Virus record (IMG/VR): IMGVR_UViG_3300021476_000423
Location: 42,908 to 106,907 of that record
Length of the DNA: 64,000 bases
Source of the DNA: a virus
Direction: 5' to 3' (one strand)
Position 1 is the stretch's first letter, and each line of letters begins with the position of its first letter. Below the pieces are notes generated by a model that was not told the DNA's origin, did no database searches, and saw only the letters and a list, made by a program, of their open reading frames with translations. This document shows positions 38,074 to 47,920 of the stretch, in pieces. Made by a program: the position numbers and the translations under genes.

Positions 38074-38982
38074 CTAAGTCCCGGCTGTGTAATCCTTCCC
38101 CCAATGCTTCTTGTGCTCGTTGTATTCCTTCACGACTTCGGCTGAGTTCCAGCCAGCGTCCTCAAAGAATTGGTTGGCATCAGCCACAATATCCTTGAGT
38201 TCAGCCATCGCAGTATTGAACCAGTTGACCTGAACCTTGAGAGCATCGCCAGAGAATTTCTTGACTGCTACACCGACCAACTCACCAGAGACATCATCTC
38301 CAACCTTAGTCGGTTTGCTAGGAGAGACCTTTTCTGAGACTCCTGAATTGGAGTCCCATCCTTGGTCTTTTGCCAGCAGTGTAATATCATCAACGGTGGC
38401 CTTCAGAGTATTGACAAAAGCACCTATGTCCTTTAGCATTGCCTCCTCACCCCAATGAGTCTGACTCGTATCAATTTTTGTCTCATCAGGAGTATGCTCT
38501 AAGTAGGGTTTCTTGTGAACAGAACACCATTGCGGCTTTTCGGGTTGGATTTCCTTCTTTTTGGCTGGCTCCTTAGAAGGAGTTAACTTTCCGCCTTCCC
38601 AATCAAACTCCTTGCCCTCTTTGTCGTAAACTTTGACTTCCTCTTCCATTTTAGTAATCTCTTCCTCTAGATGCTTGACCTCTTCATCCTCCTTATGGAG
38701 AGCAAGATTCATGACTTTTGACGCAGAACCAAACTTGTCTTCGTCTTTGACTGACTTGAGTGCGAGATTCATAACCTCTTTCGCAGAGCACTCCTCTTCC
38801 AACTTCTTGACCTCTTCCTCAAGATGGTAGGCTTCGTGCTCGGCTTCATATCCCATCGCCTCTTCCTTCTTTTTGCCCCCCTCTATCTGATGCTTGATAT
38901 AACCACAATAGGCATTGGGGTCGTTCTTATCCTTGTTCTTGGATGTGCAATCAGCAAACGAAGAGTATTCGCCCATTGGCAT
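38074..38982 (-). CDS. Acidic repeat-containing protein, candidate internal head protein
   Basis: FADC..KNKDK.DPNAYCG start; repeated SAxxVMNLAL and EEVKxLEEE; TTTAAATAG promoter. Confidence 0.6.
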   Translation of the reverse strand: MPMGEYSSFADCTSKNKDKNDPNAYCGYIKHQIEGGKKKEEAMGYEAEHEAYHLEEEVKKLEEECSAKEVMNLALKSVKDEDKFGSASKVMNLALHKEDEEVKHLEEEITKMEEEVKVYDKEGKEFDWEGGKLTPSKEPAKKKEIQPEKPQWCSVHKKPYLEHTPDETKIDTSQTHWGEEAMLKDIGAFVNTLKATVDDITLLAKDQGWDSNSGVSEKVSPSKPTKVGDDVSGELVGVAVKKFSGDALKVQVNWFNTAMAELKDIVADANQFFEDAGWNSAEVVKEYNEHKKHWGKDYTAGT

Positions 38983-39029
38983 ACTGAAAGAAATAAGGGT
39001 GAAGGAACTATTTAAACCCTAGCCCTTCA

Positions 39030-39458
39030 CTATCGCTCTTTACCTACAGGAAGCGGTGTAACGAGAACGGAGGCCCGATTGGTGTAGAGATTGAATTGTT
39101 TGATGGTTCTAGCCTTGATGGATTCCTGAGACTCGGTGACACCTATTTTGAGAGGTGACACTTCGTCCTTCGCATGGACTATCCGAAGGTCGTGGATAGA
39201 CTTGTATCCCATCACCGTATCGAGTTTGAAGTGAGTAGTCTTAGGTTTGATACCGAGAGCCTTGCCTATCGACCCGCCATCGCCACGGCTTATCTGAATC
39301 TCTTTCAGAGTGGCTTGGACAGTTGTTGCATTAGATTGGTCAGGAAAGATGAGGTCGGAAGCCTTTGTGATGAATTCTGGTTTGCCATTGTGCTCGGTCT
39401 CGTCGGCTATCTTTGCTGGAAGTGCGTCCCACATTTCAGCGAATTCTTTGCTATACAT
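39030..39458 (-). CDS. Hypothetical protein
   Basis: 142-aa ORF with TATA upstream. Confidence 0.55.
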   Translation of the reverse strand: MYSKEFAEMWDALPAKIADETEHNGKPEFITKASDLIFPDQSNATTVQATLKEIQISRGDGGSIGKALGIKPKTTHFKLDTVMGYKSIHDLRIVHAKDEVSPLKIGVTESQESIKARTIKQFNLYTNRASVLVTPLPVGKER

Positions 39459-39532
39459 CTTAGGATACCCCTTCTTTGCGACCTACTTAAAGTTGCCTAA
39501 CCTTTATTAAGGGTAAGGGGTATATCCCTATT

Positions 39533-39841
39533 ATGCGATTGTCGGGTGCAAAGGCTTCAGACGGCCATTACGTTCTGCTTTTTGAAGGAGAGCACCAAGA
39601 TTGCAAACATACCAAACACATTGCACGAGTGCTCGACTACACCTTCATCTTCTGCAAAGAGGCCAAAGTTCCTGTCGCTATCTACTGTGGAGCCGAAGTG
39701 CAAGACAAAGAAGATGTGGTCACTTTGGTCGGAGAGTTGGCCGAGAAGTATTCGCTGATTGGTGGCCTAGTGAAATCTACCTACTTCGAGAAATTAGCCG
39801 ATGCTCTTCTAGAGGTTGAGAATCTCACTCTGGAAGGGTAA
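39533..39841 (+). CDS. Hypothetical protein
   Basis: TTTATTAA about 24 nt upstream. Confidence 0.55.
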   Translation: MRLSGAKASDGHYVLLFEGEHQDCKHTKHIARVLDYTFIFCKEAKVPVAIYCGAEVQDKEDVVTLVGELAEKYSLIGGLVKSTYFEKLADALLEVENLTLEG

Positions 39842-39935
39842 TCACGATTACCTGTCCACCAAGAGCCGGATAGAACAGCGCACCTTTTGTGACGACCCCA
39901 TTTGTAGGGGGCGGCATGAAACTCTCTCGATTCAT
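39825..39935 (-). CDS. 36-aa peptide homologous to the MCP N-terminal arm (not in ORF track)
   Basis: MNRESF..VVTKGALFYPALGGQVIVITLPE versus MCP MAMTRESFPIVNTGALFYPALAKRIVELTMP; ATGA-coupled to 39932..40387. Confidence 0.75.
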   Translation of the reverse strand: MNRESFMPPPTNGVVTKGALFYPALGGQVIVITLPE

Positions 39936-40387
39936 ATCAACGCATCACTGATGAGAACATCGTAGACAATATTGACGGTGAAATCTATCTTGAAGATTGG
40001 CTGACCGAACATTCGCACTTCGTCAGGATAGGTATGACTCTTATACCACATATACACATAGTTGTCTGCCAACTGCTGTGTTGGATTGGAAAGAGTGTCG
40101 AGTCTGGCCTGAATCGATTGTTTGATGGCATACCTTTGCTTCACACTCTTTGCCCAAATCTTCAGAGTGAATGGAGCAGTCCATCTGCGTCTTACTGCCG
40201 GAATACTGATGAACTTCATTTCTTCATCATGGGCAAAGAGAGCGACTCTTGGCAATTGATTTATCTGCTTGGGATAGGTATATCCAAAGGGAACAGGATT
40301 GCTATTCTCATCCTTAATGTAACCCTCAAGCAACTCCTGAATAAAGAGGATGGCATCCTGACCAGTAGACCCACCAATCTGCACCAT
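39932..40387 (-). CDS. Tail completion/terminator-like protein
   Basis: YP....PRV, IWAKS..R pattern; follows the head-closure gene. Confidence 0.55.
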   Translation of the reverse strand: MVQIGGSTGQDAILFIQELLEGYIKDENSNPVPFGYTYPKQINQLPRVALFAHDEEMKFISIPAVRRRWTAPFTLKIWAKSVKQRYAIKQSIQARLDTLSNPTQQLADNYVYMWYKSHTYPDEVRMFGQPIFKIDFTVNIVYDVLISDALI

Positions 40388-40422
40388 ATCACTACTACCT
40401 ACTCAAGCCAACTATTTAAGGT

Positions 40423-40878
40423 CTAGGGGTCTCCCGACCCCAACTGTGTAATCTCGCCACCACTCTGCAAAGTCCCATCGGTGAGTATTCTGCGTATCAG
40501 AACACGATAGTAAACGGTGCGATTACTAATCACTGTAGGAATAGAATTCCTCACTTCCCATTCGATGTCCTGCCAAATCACATGGTCTCCAATCTGTGGC
40601 ACAGCGTCGTAAACCCATACATTGGCATAGTGAGTAGGAAGGAAACCCACTTCAACGTAGGAATATTCATCGGTTGTAAGATTGGCCACTACACCATTGA
40701 TGGTCTTGACAATGAAGGAAATGACGGGATGCTCGTATTCATCCTGCCCGGTAATTTGCTGAATTTTGTAGGTCAAAGGTAAACCAAGCATATCGATTAT
40801 CTGATGGTAAGTAAGCACAATGTAATCGGTCTCTTGGGCATTGAGAGGATAGGCTCCTGAAGGCGGCGAGAAGGCCAT
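40423..40878 (-). CDS. Head-closure (stopper)-like protein
   Basis: GQDEYEHP, PQIGDHVIWQDIEWEV. Confidence 0.6.
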   Translation of the reverse strand: MAFSPPSGAYPLNAQETDYIVLTYHQIIDMLGLPLTYKIQQITGQDEYEHPVISFIVKTINGVVANLTTDEYSYVEVGFLPTHYANVWVYDAVPQIGDHVIWQDIEWEVRNSIPTVISNRTVYYRVLIRRILTDGTLQSGGEITQLGSGDP

Positions 40879-40903
40879 AAGAACTTATACCCCACCGAAC
40901 TAT

Positions 40904-41086
40904 TTAAGGCGTATCCCTTGCCACCGAAATGAAGTCTTCAGCGAAGGCTCTATCGGTAATATCATGAATATGTAACACTTCTATACTATCGGTTGCGTGA
41001 GCCGAATCGTTAATCATAACTTTAGTAGATAGATTTGGATAGAGAACTACAGGAGTGTTGAGAAAGTTACCTCCAATCTGAACCAT
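40904..41086 (-). CDS. Small virion-associated protein
   Basis: GGTGA SD; two I(N/T)DxAxAxD repeats; MVQIGG start. Confidence 0.5.
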   Translation of the reverse strand: MVQIGGNFLNTPVVLYPNLSTKVMINDSAHATDSIEVLHIHDITDRAFAEDFISVARDTP

Positions 41087-41100
41087 CTAGTTTCACCTTT

Positions 41101-41469
41101 TTAGGCGTTGAATATCTCCTGAATGAAAACAATTGGGAATGACCTTCCGACTCCTACTGTCTGTTTGATGGTGGCCTTGTATTTTTCGCCAGAGTAAAAA
41201 GTCTTTGCATGGAATCGGATAGCGTTCTCGACCTGTGCGCCAGCGAAAGTATCTTGCTTGAAAATCTGATAGTTGGTTCCATCAACTGCTATATACTCAG
41301 TAACAGTCACACTGTCAGAACTCGTTACAGCACTAATGTCAAGATATCCTTCAACAATGTAATCGAAAGCCGCACCAGTATATTCAACAAGTGTGGTTTC
41401 CACATTGAGAACGACTGGCCCTATCGTTGTAACAGTATCATTTTTCGCATTGATGAAGAATGCTGGCAT
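41101..41469 (-). CDS. Beta-sandwich virion protein
   Basis: Structural-class promoter; beta-rich. Confidence 0.5.
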   Translation of the reverse strand: MPAFFINAKNDTVTTIGPVVLNVETTLVEYTGAAFDYIVEGYLDISAVTSSDSVTVTEYIAVDGTNYQIFKQDTFAGAQVENAIRFHAKTFYSGEKYKATIKQTVGVGRSFPIVFIQEIFNA

Positions 41470-41514
41470 TCTAGGATAGAAAGGCTGTTCCGACTATTTA
41501 AGGCTTGGCCGCTT

Positions 41515-43020
41515 CTAAAAGTCGAAAGCAGTTGTAGCGCCAATCGTCAAACTGCCCGGATTAGCCGACGACGCATGGAACGCAATGGTATCTCCATTAG
41601 CGGCTTGGGTAGCAAGACTGAAAAGACCAAACGAATCCTGTGGCCAATTGAGTGCGCCAACCGAACCTGCATATACATAGATACTCTCAACAAACTGAGG
41701 AGTTGTTGAATCGTGCCATCCAAACCAATATTGTCCTATAGCGGAAAAAGTGTAAACCGTATCGCCTGTATTGATGCCATAATTATCTGTTATGACAGAA
41801 AGTGCTGTTGGAGTTGCGTCGGCTCCTGCCGCTATAGTCTGTGAAGCAGTTAAAGCAATGCCTTGCGTGGTGGTTCCTGCCATGATACCTGCAAGAAACA
41901 AACCCATTCCACTTATGGTTGGCCCACTCCATGTTCCTACTCCATCAACTGCGCCTGTATATTCAAAACCACCAAACGATGTTGGCAATGTAATGAAGAA
42001 AGCATCTGTATTGGTTGGAACATCAATGATTGCGCCAAATGCCGTAGTAATTCCGGCTGGAACCTCCAAAACTTGGATTCCTATCCATGTTGATGTAAAG
42101 GCTCCAAAATTGACAGTCCAATTTGTTCCCGCTAAAACAAGATTTCCCGCAAGATTTTTGAATGTGGCCTGATTGATGGTAAATGTTACAGGTGACGATG
42201 GGCTTCCTGTAAAATAGAAACCGCCATTCAAAACTATTCCACCAGTGAATGTTACACTTGCGGCTGGAAGTTTTACAGTAGAACCAACTGAGATAGTGGT
42301 TGCATCAAATGTGCCGGGGCCAGTAAATATTACAGGAGTGGTTGAAGCGGGAAGAAAGGTGCCTGCCGCATCTGTAAAAAGAGTTTGACCAAAATCAATT
42401 GTGACATTTCCATTGATGCTCCAACCCACACCACCCAATGCTCTAGTGATTGTAGTGCTTCCTGTAACGTGGATTGTTCCATAATTAATGATGAAACCAC
42501 TGTAACCTGTAAGACTGTCGGAAATAAGTTGGATTCCTCTTGTGAAGGCACCACCACCAAGATTAAGCGTCAATGTGTTTCCTGAAGGAACACTCAAATA
42601 TCCAAATGAGTTCAAAGTTCCATTTCCTTGGAGTGTTCCAGTCAGATAATTGTGGGATAGAGCCTGAGTGATAAACACATCCGTTGTGGCTGTCAATGTG
42701 ATATTGCTACTAGAGGCAGTAGAGAAGCGACTTGGTGAGATAGTGCAATTTCCAGATGTTACAATCATGCCACCACAAGTGAGACTACCCAATACATTGA
42801 GAGTTGCACCCGAACTCAAAGTTAGTGTTGCACCATTTTCAATGACCAAATCATTATCGATGAGAATGGTGGCATTGGTTACAATCGTAATGTTCGCTCC
42901 TGAGAAAAGCGTCATACAGGTATACTCGGTTGTCTGTCCACCTGTTCCTATATTGGCCGTCTGATTAGAGAATGATGTGCAAGGTGAGACAAACTCTGGC
43001 TCTAGGACAAACTCTGGCAT
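41515..43020 (-). CDS. Beta-helix adhesin/fibre-like virion protein
   Basis: G/T/S/N-rich GATLTL-type repeats. Confidence 0.6.
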   Translation of the reverse strand: MPEFVLEPEFVSPCTSFSNQTANIGTGGQTTEYTCMTLFSGANITIVTNATILIDNDLVIENGATLTLSSGATLNVLGSLTCGGMIVTSGNCTISPSRFSTASSSNITLTATTDVFITQALSHNYLTGTLQGNGTLNSFGYLSVPSGNTLTLNLGGGAFTRGIQLISDSLTGYSGFIINYGTIHVTGSTTITRALGGVGWSINGNVTIDFGQTLFTDAAGTFLPASTTPVIFTGPGTFDATTISVGSTVKLPAASVTFTGGIVLNGGFYFTGSPSSPVTFTINQATFKNLAGNLVLAGTNWTVNFGAFTSTWIGIQVLEVPAGITTAFGAIIDVPTNTDAFFITLPTSFGGFEYTGAVDGVGTWSGPTISGMGLFLAGIMAGTTTQGIALTASQTIAAGADATPTALSVITDNYGINTGDTVYTFSAIGQYWFGWHDSTTPQFVESIYVYAGSVGALNWPQDSFGLFSLATQAANGDTIAFHASSANPGSLTIGATTAFDF

Positions 43021-43062
43021 ACTGGTTTAGATATGCCTCTTGGAGTATTTAAAGACTACCGA

Positions 43063-43536
43063 CTAAGAGAAGAAACTCTGCCCGCCAGTGTCTACAAAAG
43101 GACTCGGGCTTTGGTAATTCTGAATGGGGTCTATCTCCGAGAGCATGGTGTAAAGCCTCACCAACTCTGATTGAGCATTTCCTTTAATTTCGGCAGAAGC
43201 CGACCTCATCGCATCAAGTCTATTGATGCTGATATCCCCAAGTGTAGCAGGAAGACCCGAAATCACCCAATTGACGGTCATTGTCTCAATCATATTGAGA
43301 ACCGCCCGCCATGTTGCCCACTGCTTGGTAAGGCCGAATAGGGAATCCTTTGTATGGTCTCCAAACAATTGAGTGGCCTGTTCGTTAGCCTGTTTGACGA
43401 AAGTGTTGAGGATATCCACAGACGTAGGAATCTGCCAAACCAAATACTTACTAGGGTCGAAGGATGTCTGTTGCAAATTCAACTGCTTTACAAGGTCTTG
43501 GGTGTCACAATAGGCTATCGGTGTATTCTGACTCAT
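43063..43536 (-). CDS. Head-tail adaptor (connector) protein
   Basis: AYCDTQDL start, helical body, LGDISI. Confidence 0.65.
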   Translation of the reverse strand: MSQNTPIAYCDTQDLVKQLNLQQTSFDPSKYLVWQIPTSVDILNTFVKQANEQATQLFGDHTKDSLFGLTKQWATWRAVLNMIETMTVNWVISGLPATLGDISINRLDAMRSASAEIKGNAQSELVRLYTMLSEIDPIQNYQSPSPFVDTGGQSFFS

Positions 43537-43573
43537 ACAATCCTTTATAAGCGACTGCGACTACTTAAACTCT

Positions 43574-44098
43574 ATGGCCACTTACGCTCCCGACCATGAA
43601 CCTAACATTCCTGATGAGGAACTACCGGAAGAGTTCAAAGAGCCGGAAGTAGCACCAGAAACTCAACCAGAAGTTGGTCTAGATTCTGGTGGTGCTGAAC
43701 TAGGAGCAGGTGCAGACGAAGACCTTGAGGCTGAAGTGTTATTCCAAGTGGCTCACTACAGCAAAGAATACAAGGCTCCGGCGAGTCTTGCTGACGTTGC
43801 CTTTGAGATTCAAGAAAAGGATAGCGATGTTCATAAGGCGATGGAAATGGCTGTCGAAGAGGGCACTCCACTCGTTACACCCATCCTAAAGAGTTTGGTC
43901 GAGCAAGGACTTATCATGGAGACCGAGTTCGGCGGATACATCACTACACCCGATGGCGATGCAATGGTAAAGGAGTCAGATACCCAAAGCAAACTTGGCA
44001 ACACCTATGAGAGCGAAAAGCATAAAGGCATTCCCGAAGATGAGGGTTCTGAAGAGCCAGAGAAAGTCGAAGCGGGTGTTCCGTTCTTAACGATGTGA
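43574..44098 (+). CDS. Acidic protein with winged-helix core
   Basis: LKSLVEQGLI..GGYITTPDG. Confidence 0.55.
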   Translation: MATYAPDHEPNIPDEELPEEFKEPEVAPETQPEVGLDSGGAELGAGADEDLEAEVLFQVAHYSKEYKAPASLADVAFEIQEKDSDVHKAMEMAVEEGTPLVTPILKSLVEQGLIMETEFGGYITTPDGDAMVKESDTQSKLGNTYESEKHKGIPEDEGSEEPEKVEAGVPFLTM

Positions 44099-44371
44099 GT
44101 TCCACTCACCAAAACTGAATTTGGCGGGTTTCTTCTTTCTAAGTAGTTTGTAGACTTCGACTATTATGCGCTCCATTCCTATTCCTGCACAAAACAGTAT
44201 CGTATCTCCATAGAGATTATAGTAGTCAGGCCAAGGAAACAAGAATGAGAGAAGCAAACCTATCATTGGACTTCGCAGAAAGACCATTGGCTTGAACCCT
44301 TCAAATCGACTGTCTTTGATTGCTCCTCCAATTGCGACCGCAAGACCAGAGAGAATGAGGATAGGATTCAT
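44087..44371 (-). CDS. Small membrane protein
   Basis: Three hydrophobic segments. Confidence 0.55.
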   Translation of the reverse strand: MNPILILSGLAVAIGGAIKDSRFEGFKPMVFLRSPMIGLLLSFLFPWPDYYNLYGDTILFCAGIGMERIIVEVYKLLRKKKPAKFSFGEWNSHR

Positions 44372-44412
44372 CTGAGAGTTTATTAAGGGCGGAAGGTATT
44401 TAACGTTTCAGT

Positions 44413-47400
44413 ATGGCCACAGTAGAAGTAGAAGCCTACCAACTCACTCCTGCGGAATATCAAGCAATCACCGACCACGCATGGGCTGGCGAAACCTGCC
44501 CTGCTTGTCAGGGGCTTCTTCAAAGCATCCAACAGGATAAAGAAGGAAATACTTTCATCTATCCAAATAGTGACCAAGCCCAACACATGAGCGACCTGTT
44601 CGGCTATTCTGCCGCACCCTATGGAGCCACAACTGGTTATCTCGACCCTGAAGACCCTTCATGGCAAAGGTCTGTAGAACACATTGCCGAGCGCCAGAAG
44701 GGGGGCGAACTTGGGACATTCGGGCCTCAATCGGGTATGGTGCGTGGAGAACCTACCAGAGACGAATGGCAGATTACCAGTTATCTTGATAGTCTTGGAG
44801 TTAAGTATGTTCACAAAATGAAGTTGGGTGAGATTGACCCCACTGAAACCGCAAAACCAAAGGTCGAATATGACATCTATCTGCCCCAATACCTCATCGC
44901 CATTGAAACCTCACCGGGCTGGCACATCGGCGGTAAGAGTCAACAGAGTTTTCCGCAAGTCATTGAGAACGACAAATACAAATCCAACTTTGCCCAAGAG
45001 CATGGCATCGACCTTGTTGCCTTCGACCCCTCAGAAGGGACTGAGAGTTTCATCAACAACGAATTGGTTCCACGGCTTCTGTCGGTGGGTGTGAAAGCCT
45101 ATCAAGTGCCAAAGTCTGAAGTTATCTCTCAACATGAATGGAATGAACCTATGGGTGGTGCTCCTGCCTACCAAGAACAGGACGATTATTGGAGCCGCCA
45201 AAAGGCTCCATACCATTGTTCTGACCCCGGTTGCGGAAGACTTTTAGAATGGTGTGAAGATTGTGATTCTCATCATCATGCTGGCCCTTCTTGGATGCAA
45301 GAACACATTGAATTGCAAAAAGCCATGAAAACACCATATTTTGAGGAAGAAGAAAGTGAGATGATGTTGGCGTGTCCTCACTGTGGATGGGAAGGACGGT
45401 CTGATGAAGCACAAGAAAGCATCGGAAAACGTGGTAGACTTGAATATCAATGTCCTCAATGTGGTCAAAAAGATAGAGCAATGCGTATGGGACAACTTTA
45501 CTATGACCTTCATCCAGAGGAGTTGGGAAAGGTTAAAGAACCCAAACCTCATGACCCAACAGATTATTCATGGTATATGGCTCCCTATGAGATGCCACAA
45601 TCGGAACCCGAACCAGAACCACAACCTCAAACACAAATGGAACCAGACATCTCCTCTAGAACCGTGATGTCGCCCTATCAAGAAGCGAGTCTCAATCAAG
45701 GTCAGAATCTTCCTTTGTTCCCTAGTCGTGGAAAAGTCAACACAGTCAATCAAGGCGGCGAAGGGAAGGCTCTTGAGTTTCCTAATCACTTGTTTCATGA
45801 GGAAAACAAAGGTTACAGAATCGAAGGATATAGTAGTTCGGAAGTTACAGATGCTAAAAAGGTCATCGAATATGAAGTAAAAGAACTTGGCAATATCCAT
45901 GTTCTCATTGAAGCATTACAAGCCTTTGGCCTTGAGATACCACTTGAAAGTGACGAAGATGTAGAAGCGGGTCTCAATATTTTATTTGATGCTATCGACA
46001 GAAAATTTGGGCCAGATGCTCAAGCCATTTGGTTGGTTGATACTGCTGAAGGTGCAAAAGAGCGTTATGGCTTTACCGCAGACGGCGAAACTCTTGGTGA
46101 ACCTTCTGAATATGATGTTCCTTCAGATGCCGTTGTGATTAGCAATTTGGGGCCAGAAGAAGGAAAACTCTATCTTATGAAAAGTGAAGAAGACCATTTT
46201 AACAGTGGTTTCGCACAAGTCGGAGAAGTAGGTGATTTCTTCCTGCATAAGAGTAATGCTACACAAGGAAGGGGGCAAGAGAGTCCGATGCAAACGAATT
46301 ACGGCTATCAGGAAGAATTACCATCTTGTCCTGATTGTGGTAATTCTGAAGTCTATTATGACAACCAAACCGAGAAATATAGATGTCCTGATTGTGGATG
46401 GCATGGTATTCCGAGACGCAAAGCCTACGGCTATTCAGAACCAATCAAACAAGAAGAATCAAATTTACTCACTAAGTTGGCCGATGCCTACAACGCCGAG
46501 AACGGCTTCAAACCCATTGACGAATCAGTGAAGTCTAAGAAGTTAGATGAGAAAGTAGGAGAACAGGTCGCCGAAACATTTGATGCCGCCGAACATGACC
46601 CTGCCGACCCCAAAGTGAAAGCGGCCTACGAAGCCCTGAAAGAAGAGTCATTGGCTCAATGGCAATTTGCGAAGGCGAATGGTTACAAACTCGAAGAGAG
46701 CAAAGAAGACCCTTACGACAACTACAAAGAGATGATGGAAGACCTCACAGAGAATCACACTCTCAAGGTATACTCTGAAGGCAATCCGCTACCGAAAGAC
46801 CACCCTCTCGCAGAAGAATCGCCTGAAGGAGTTACCTACAACGTCATCTTTAGAGGAATCCACGACCTCTTCGGTCACGCCGCCCACGACAACACTTTCG
46901 ACAACTTTGAGGGGGAGTTTGCCGCCTTCCTTTGCCATATGCAGATGTTCAGTGAAGAGGCCAGAGGAGCGATGGCCACCGAGACTTTGGCACAGACAGA
47001 GTGGCAAGAATACATAGGTGGAGTGGGAAACTATCCCGACCAGAAAGCCATCTTCACAGAGATTCCATCAGAATTGATATCCACCGCTAAGAAAGAAGAA
47101 GAACAAGATACTTTGGAAAGAGATTTGGAATCGGAAATAAGTTCTTTTGCTCAACTCTACAGTTTCTCGACCCCCGAAGGCAATCCTATTCCTCAAAATA
47201 CGGATGACCTATTAGAAGCAATTGGAACTTGGGGTTACATTGTAGGCGAAATTCCTGTTGAAGAAGCAAAAGGCGGCGATTTGATAGACACATTTGGCGG
47301 ATACACAACGGTTCCACCAATGGTTATCATCTATAAAGATGGACGAGTCGAACTTCCAAAAAGAGAAGAATACCCTACGACTGACCAGAGGTCAGAAAAG

Positions 47401-47448
47401 GGAAATCCTCTTGCGAAGTCACCAATGGTTTTTCGTCATGTAGGATAG
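44413..47448 (+). CDS. 1011-aa polyvalent protein: PD-(D/E)xK-like nuclease, Zn ribbons, ART-like module, HDxxGH zincin-like module
   Basis: EYDIYLP..IAIE; several CxxC pairs; GYR..IWL..A..RYG; NVIFRGIHDLFGH..GEF.A...H..MFS..A..A..TET. Confidence 0.65.
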   Translation: MATVEVEAYQLTPAEYQAITDHAWAGETCPACQGLLQSIQQDKEGNTFIYPNSDQAQHMSDLFGYSAAPYGATTGYLDPEDPSWQRSVEHIAERQKGGELGTFGPQSGMVRGEPTRDEWQITSYLDSLGVKYVHKMKLGEIDPTETAKPKVEYDIYLPQYLIAIETSPGWHIGGKSQQSFPQVIENDKYKSNFAQEHGIDLVAFDPSEGTESFINNELVPRLLSVGVKAYQVPKSEVISQHEWNEPMGGAPAYQEQDDYWSRQKAPYHCSDPGCGRLLEWCEDCDSHHHAGPSWMQEHIELQKAMKTPYFEEEESEMMLACPHCGWEGRSDEAQESIGKRGRLEYQCPQCGQKDRAMRMGQLYYDLHPEELGKVKEPKPHDPTDYSWYMAPYEMPQSEPEPEPQPQTQMEPDISSRTVMSPYQEASLNQGQNLPLFPSRGKVNTVNQGGEGKALEFPNHLFHEENKGYRIEGYSSSEVTDAKKVIEYEVKELGNIHVLIEALQAFGLEIPLESDEDVEAGLNILFDAIDRKFGPDAQAIWLVDTAEGAKERYGFTADGETLGEPSEYDVPSDAVVISNLGPEEGKLYLMKSEEDHFNSGFAQVGEVGDFFLHKSNATQGRGQESPMQTNYGYQEELPSCPDCGNSEVYYDNQTEKYRCPDCGWHGIPRRKAYGYSEPIKQEESNLLTKLADAYNAENGFKPIDESVKSKKLDEKVGEQVAETFDAAEHDPADPKVKAAYEALKEESLAQWQFAKANGYKLEESKEDPYDNYKEMMEDLTENHTLKVYSEGNPLPKDHPLAEESPEGVTYNVIFRGIHDLFGHAAHDNTFDNFEGEFAAFLCHMQMFSEEARGAMATETLAQTEWQEYIGGVGNYPDQKAIFTEIPSELISTAKKEEEQDTLERDLESEISSFAQLYSFSTPEGNPIPQNTDDLLEAIGTWGYIVGEIPVEEAKGGDLIDTFGGYTTVPPMVIIYKDGRVELPKREEYPTTDQRSEKGNPLAKSPMVFRHVG

Positions 47449-47782
47449 CAAGAACCTTTTTCAATAGAGTAACGTGCCAACATTTGCCTTTGCCCTTTGC
47501 CGCAGAATTGAACCAACCATCACACTCACAAGCGGCGATGTCATCAATCTTATTGTAGAAGACGTTGTATTTGCGCCAAGGAAAGCGTTTACTAGAGATT
47601 CTGGCAAACACTAAGTCACCATCTTGAAGAATATCGACTTCAGGATGGTTTGGGTCTTTCTGTGATTGGGATGCCAAGGACTTTCTTCCTCTTATCGGCC
47701 TCTTCCTTTGTTTCGTAGGGCAGGATTGTGCCAAGGTCGTAAGGCGCTTGGTCATCAAACGGGCCGACAGTTTGGGGAGCAT
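47375..47782 (-). CDS. SWIM zinc-finger protein
   Basis: CEC...CWH; real start probably later than the ORF-track start. Confidence 0.7.
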   Translation of the reverse strand: MLPKLSARLMTKRLTTLAQSCPTKQRKRPIRGRKSLASQSQKDPNHPEVDILQDGDLVFARISSKRFPWRKYNVFYNKIDDIAACECDGWFNSAAKGKGKCWHVTLLKKVLAILHDEKPLVTSQEDFPFLTSGQS

Positions 47783-47918
47783 TCCCGGCGATAGGCGCTA
47801 CACCACCAAGGTCTTTCACGCCGCTATCCACGATGATGCACTCCTGTCCCATGTGCCGCAGAAGGTCATCTTCTGTCTTGATTTCGACTTTGTGCGTTAT
47901 ACAGGCTTTTCCGGTCAT
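47640..47918 (-). CDS. Hypothetical protein
   Basis: Follows uS2 in the operon. Confidence 0.5.
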   Translation of the reverse strand: MTGKACITHKVEIKTEDDLLRHMGQECIIVDSGVKDLGGVAPIAGNAPQTVGPFDDQAPYDLGTILPYETKEEADKRKKVLGIPITERPKPS

Positions 47919-47920
47919 AC

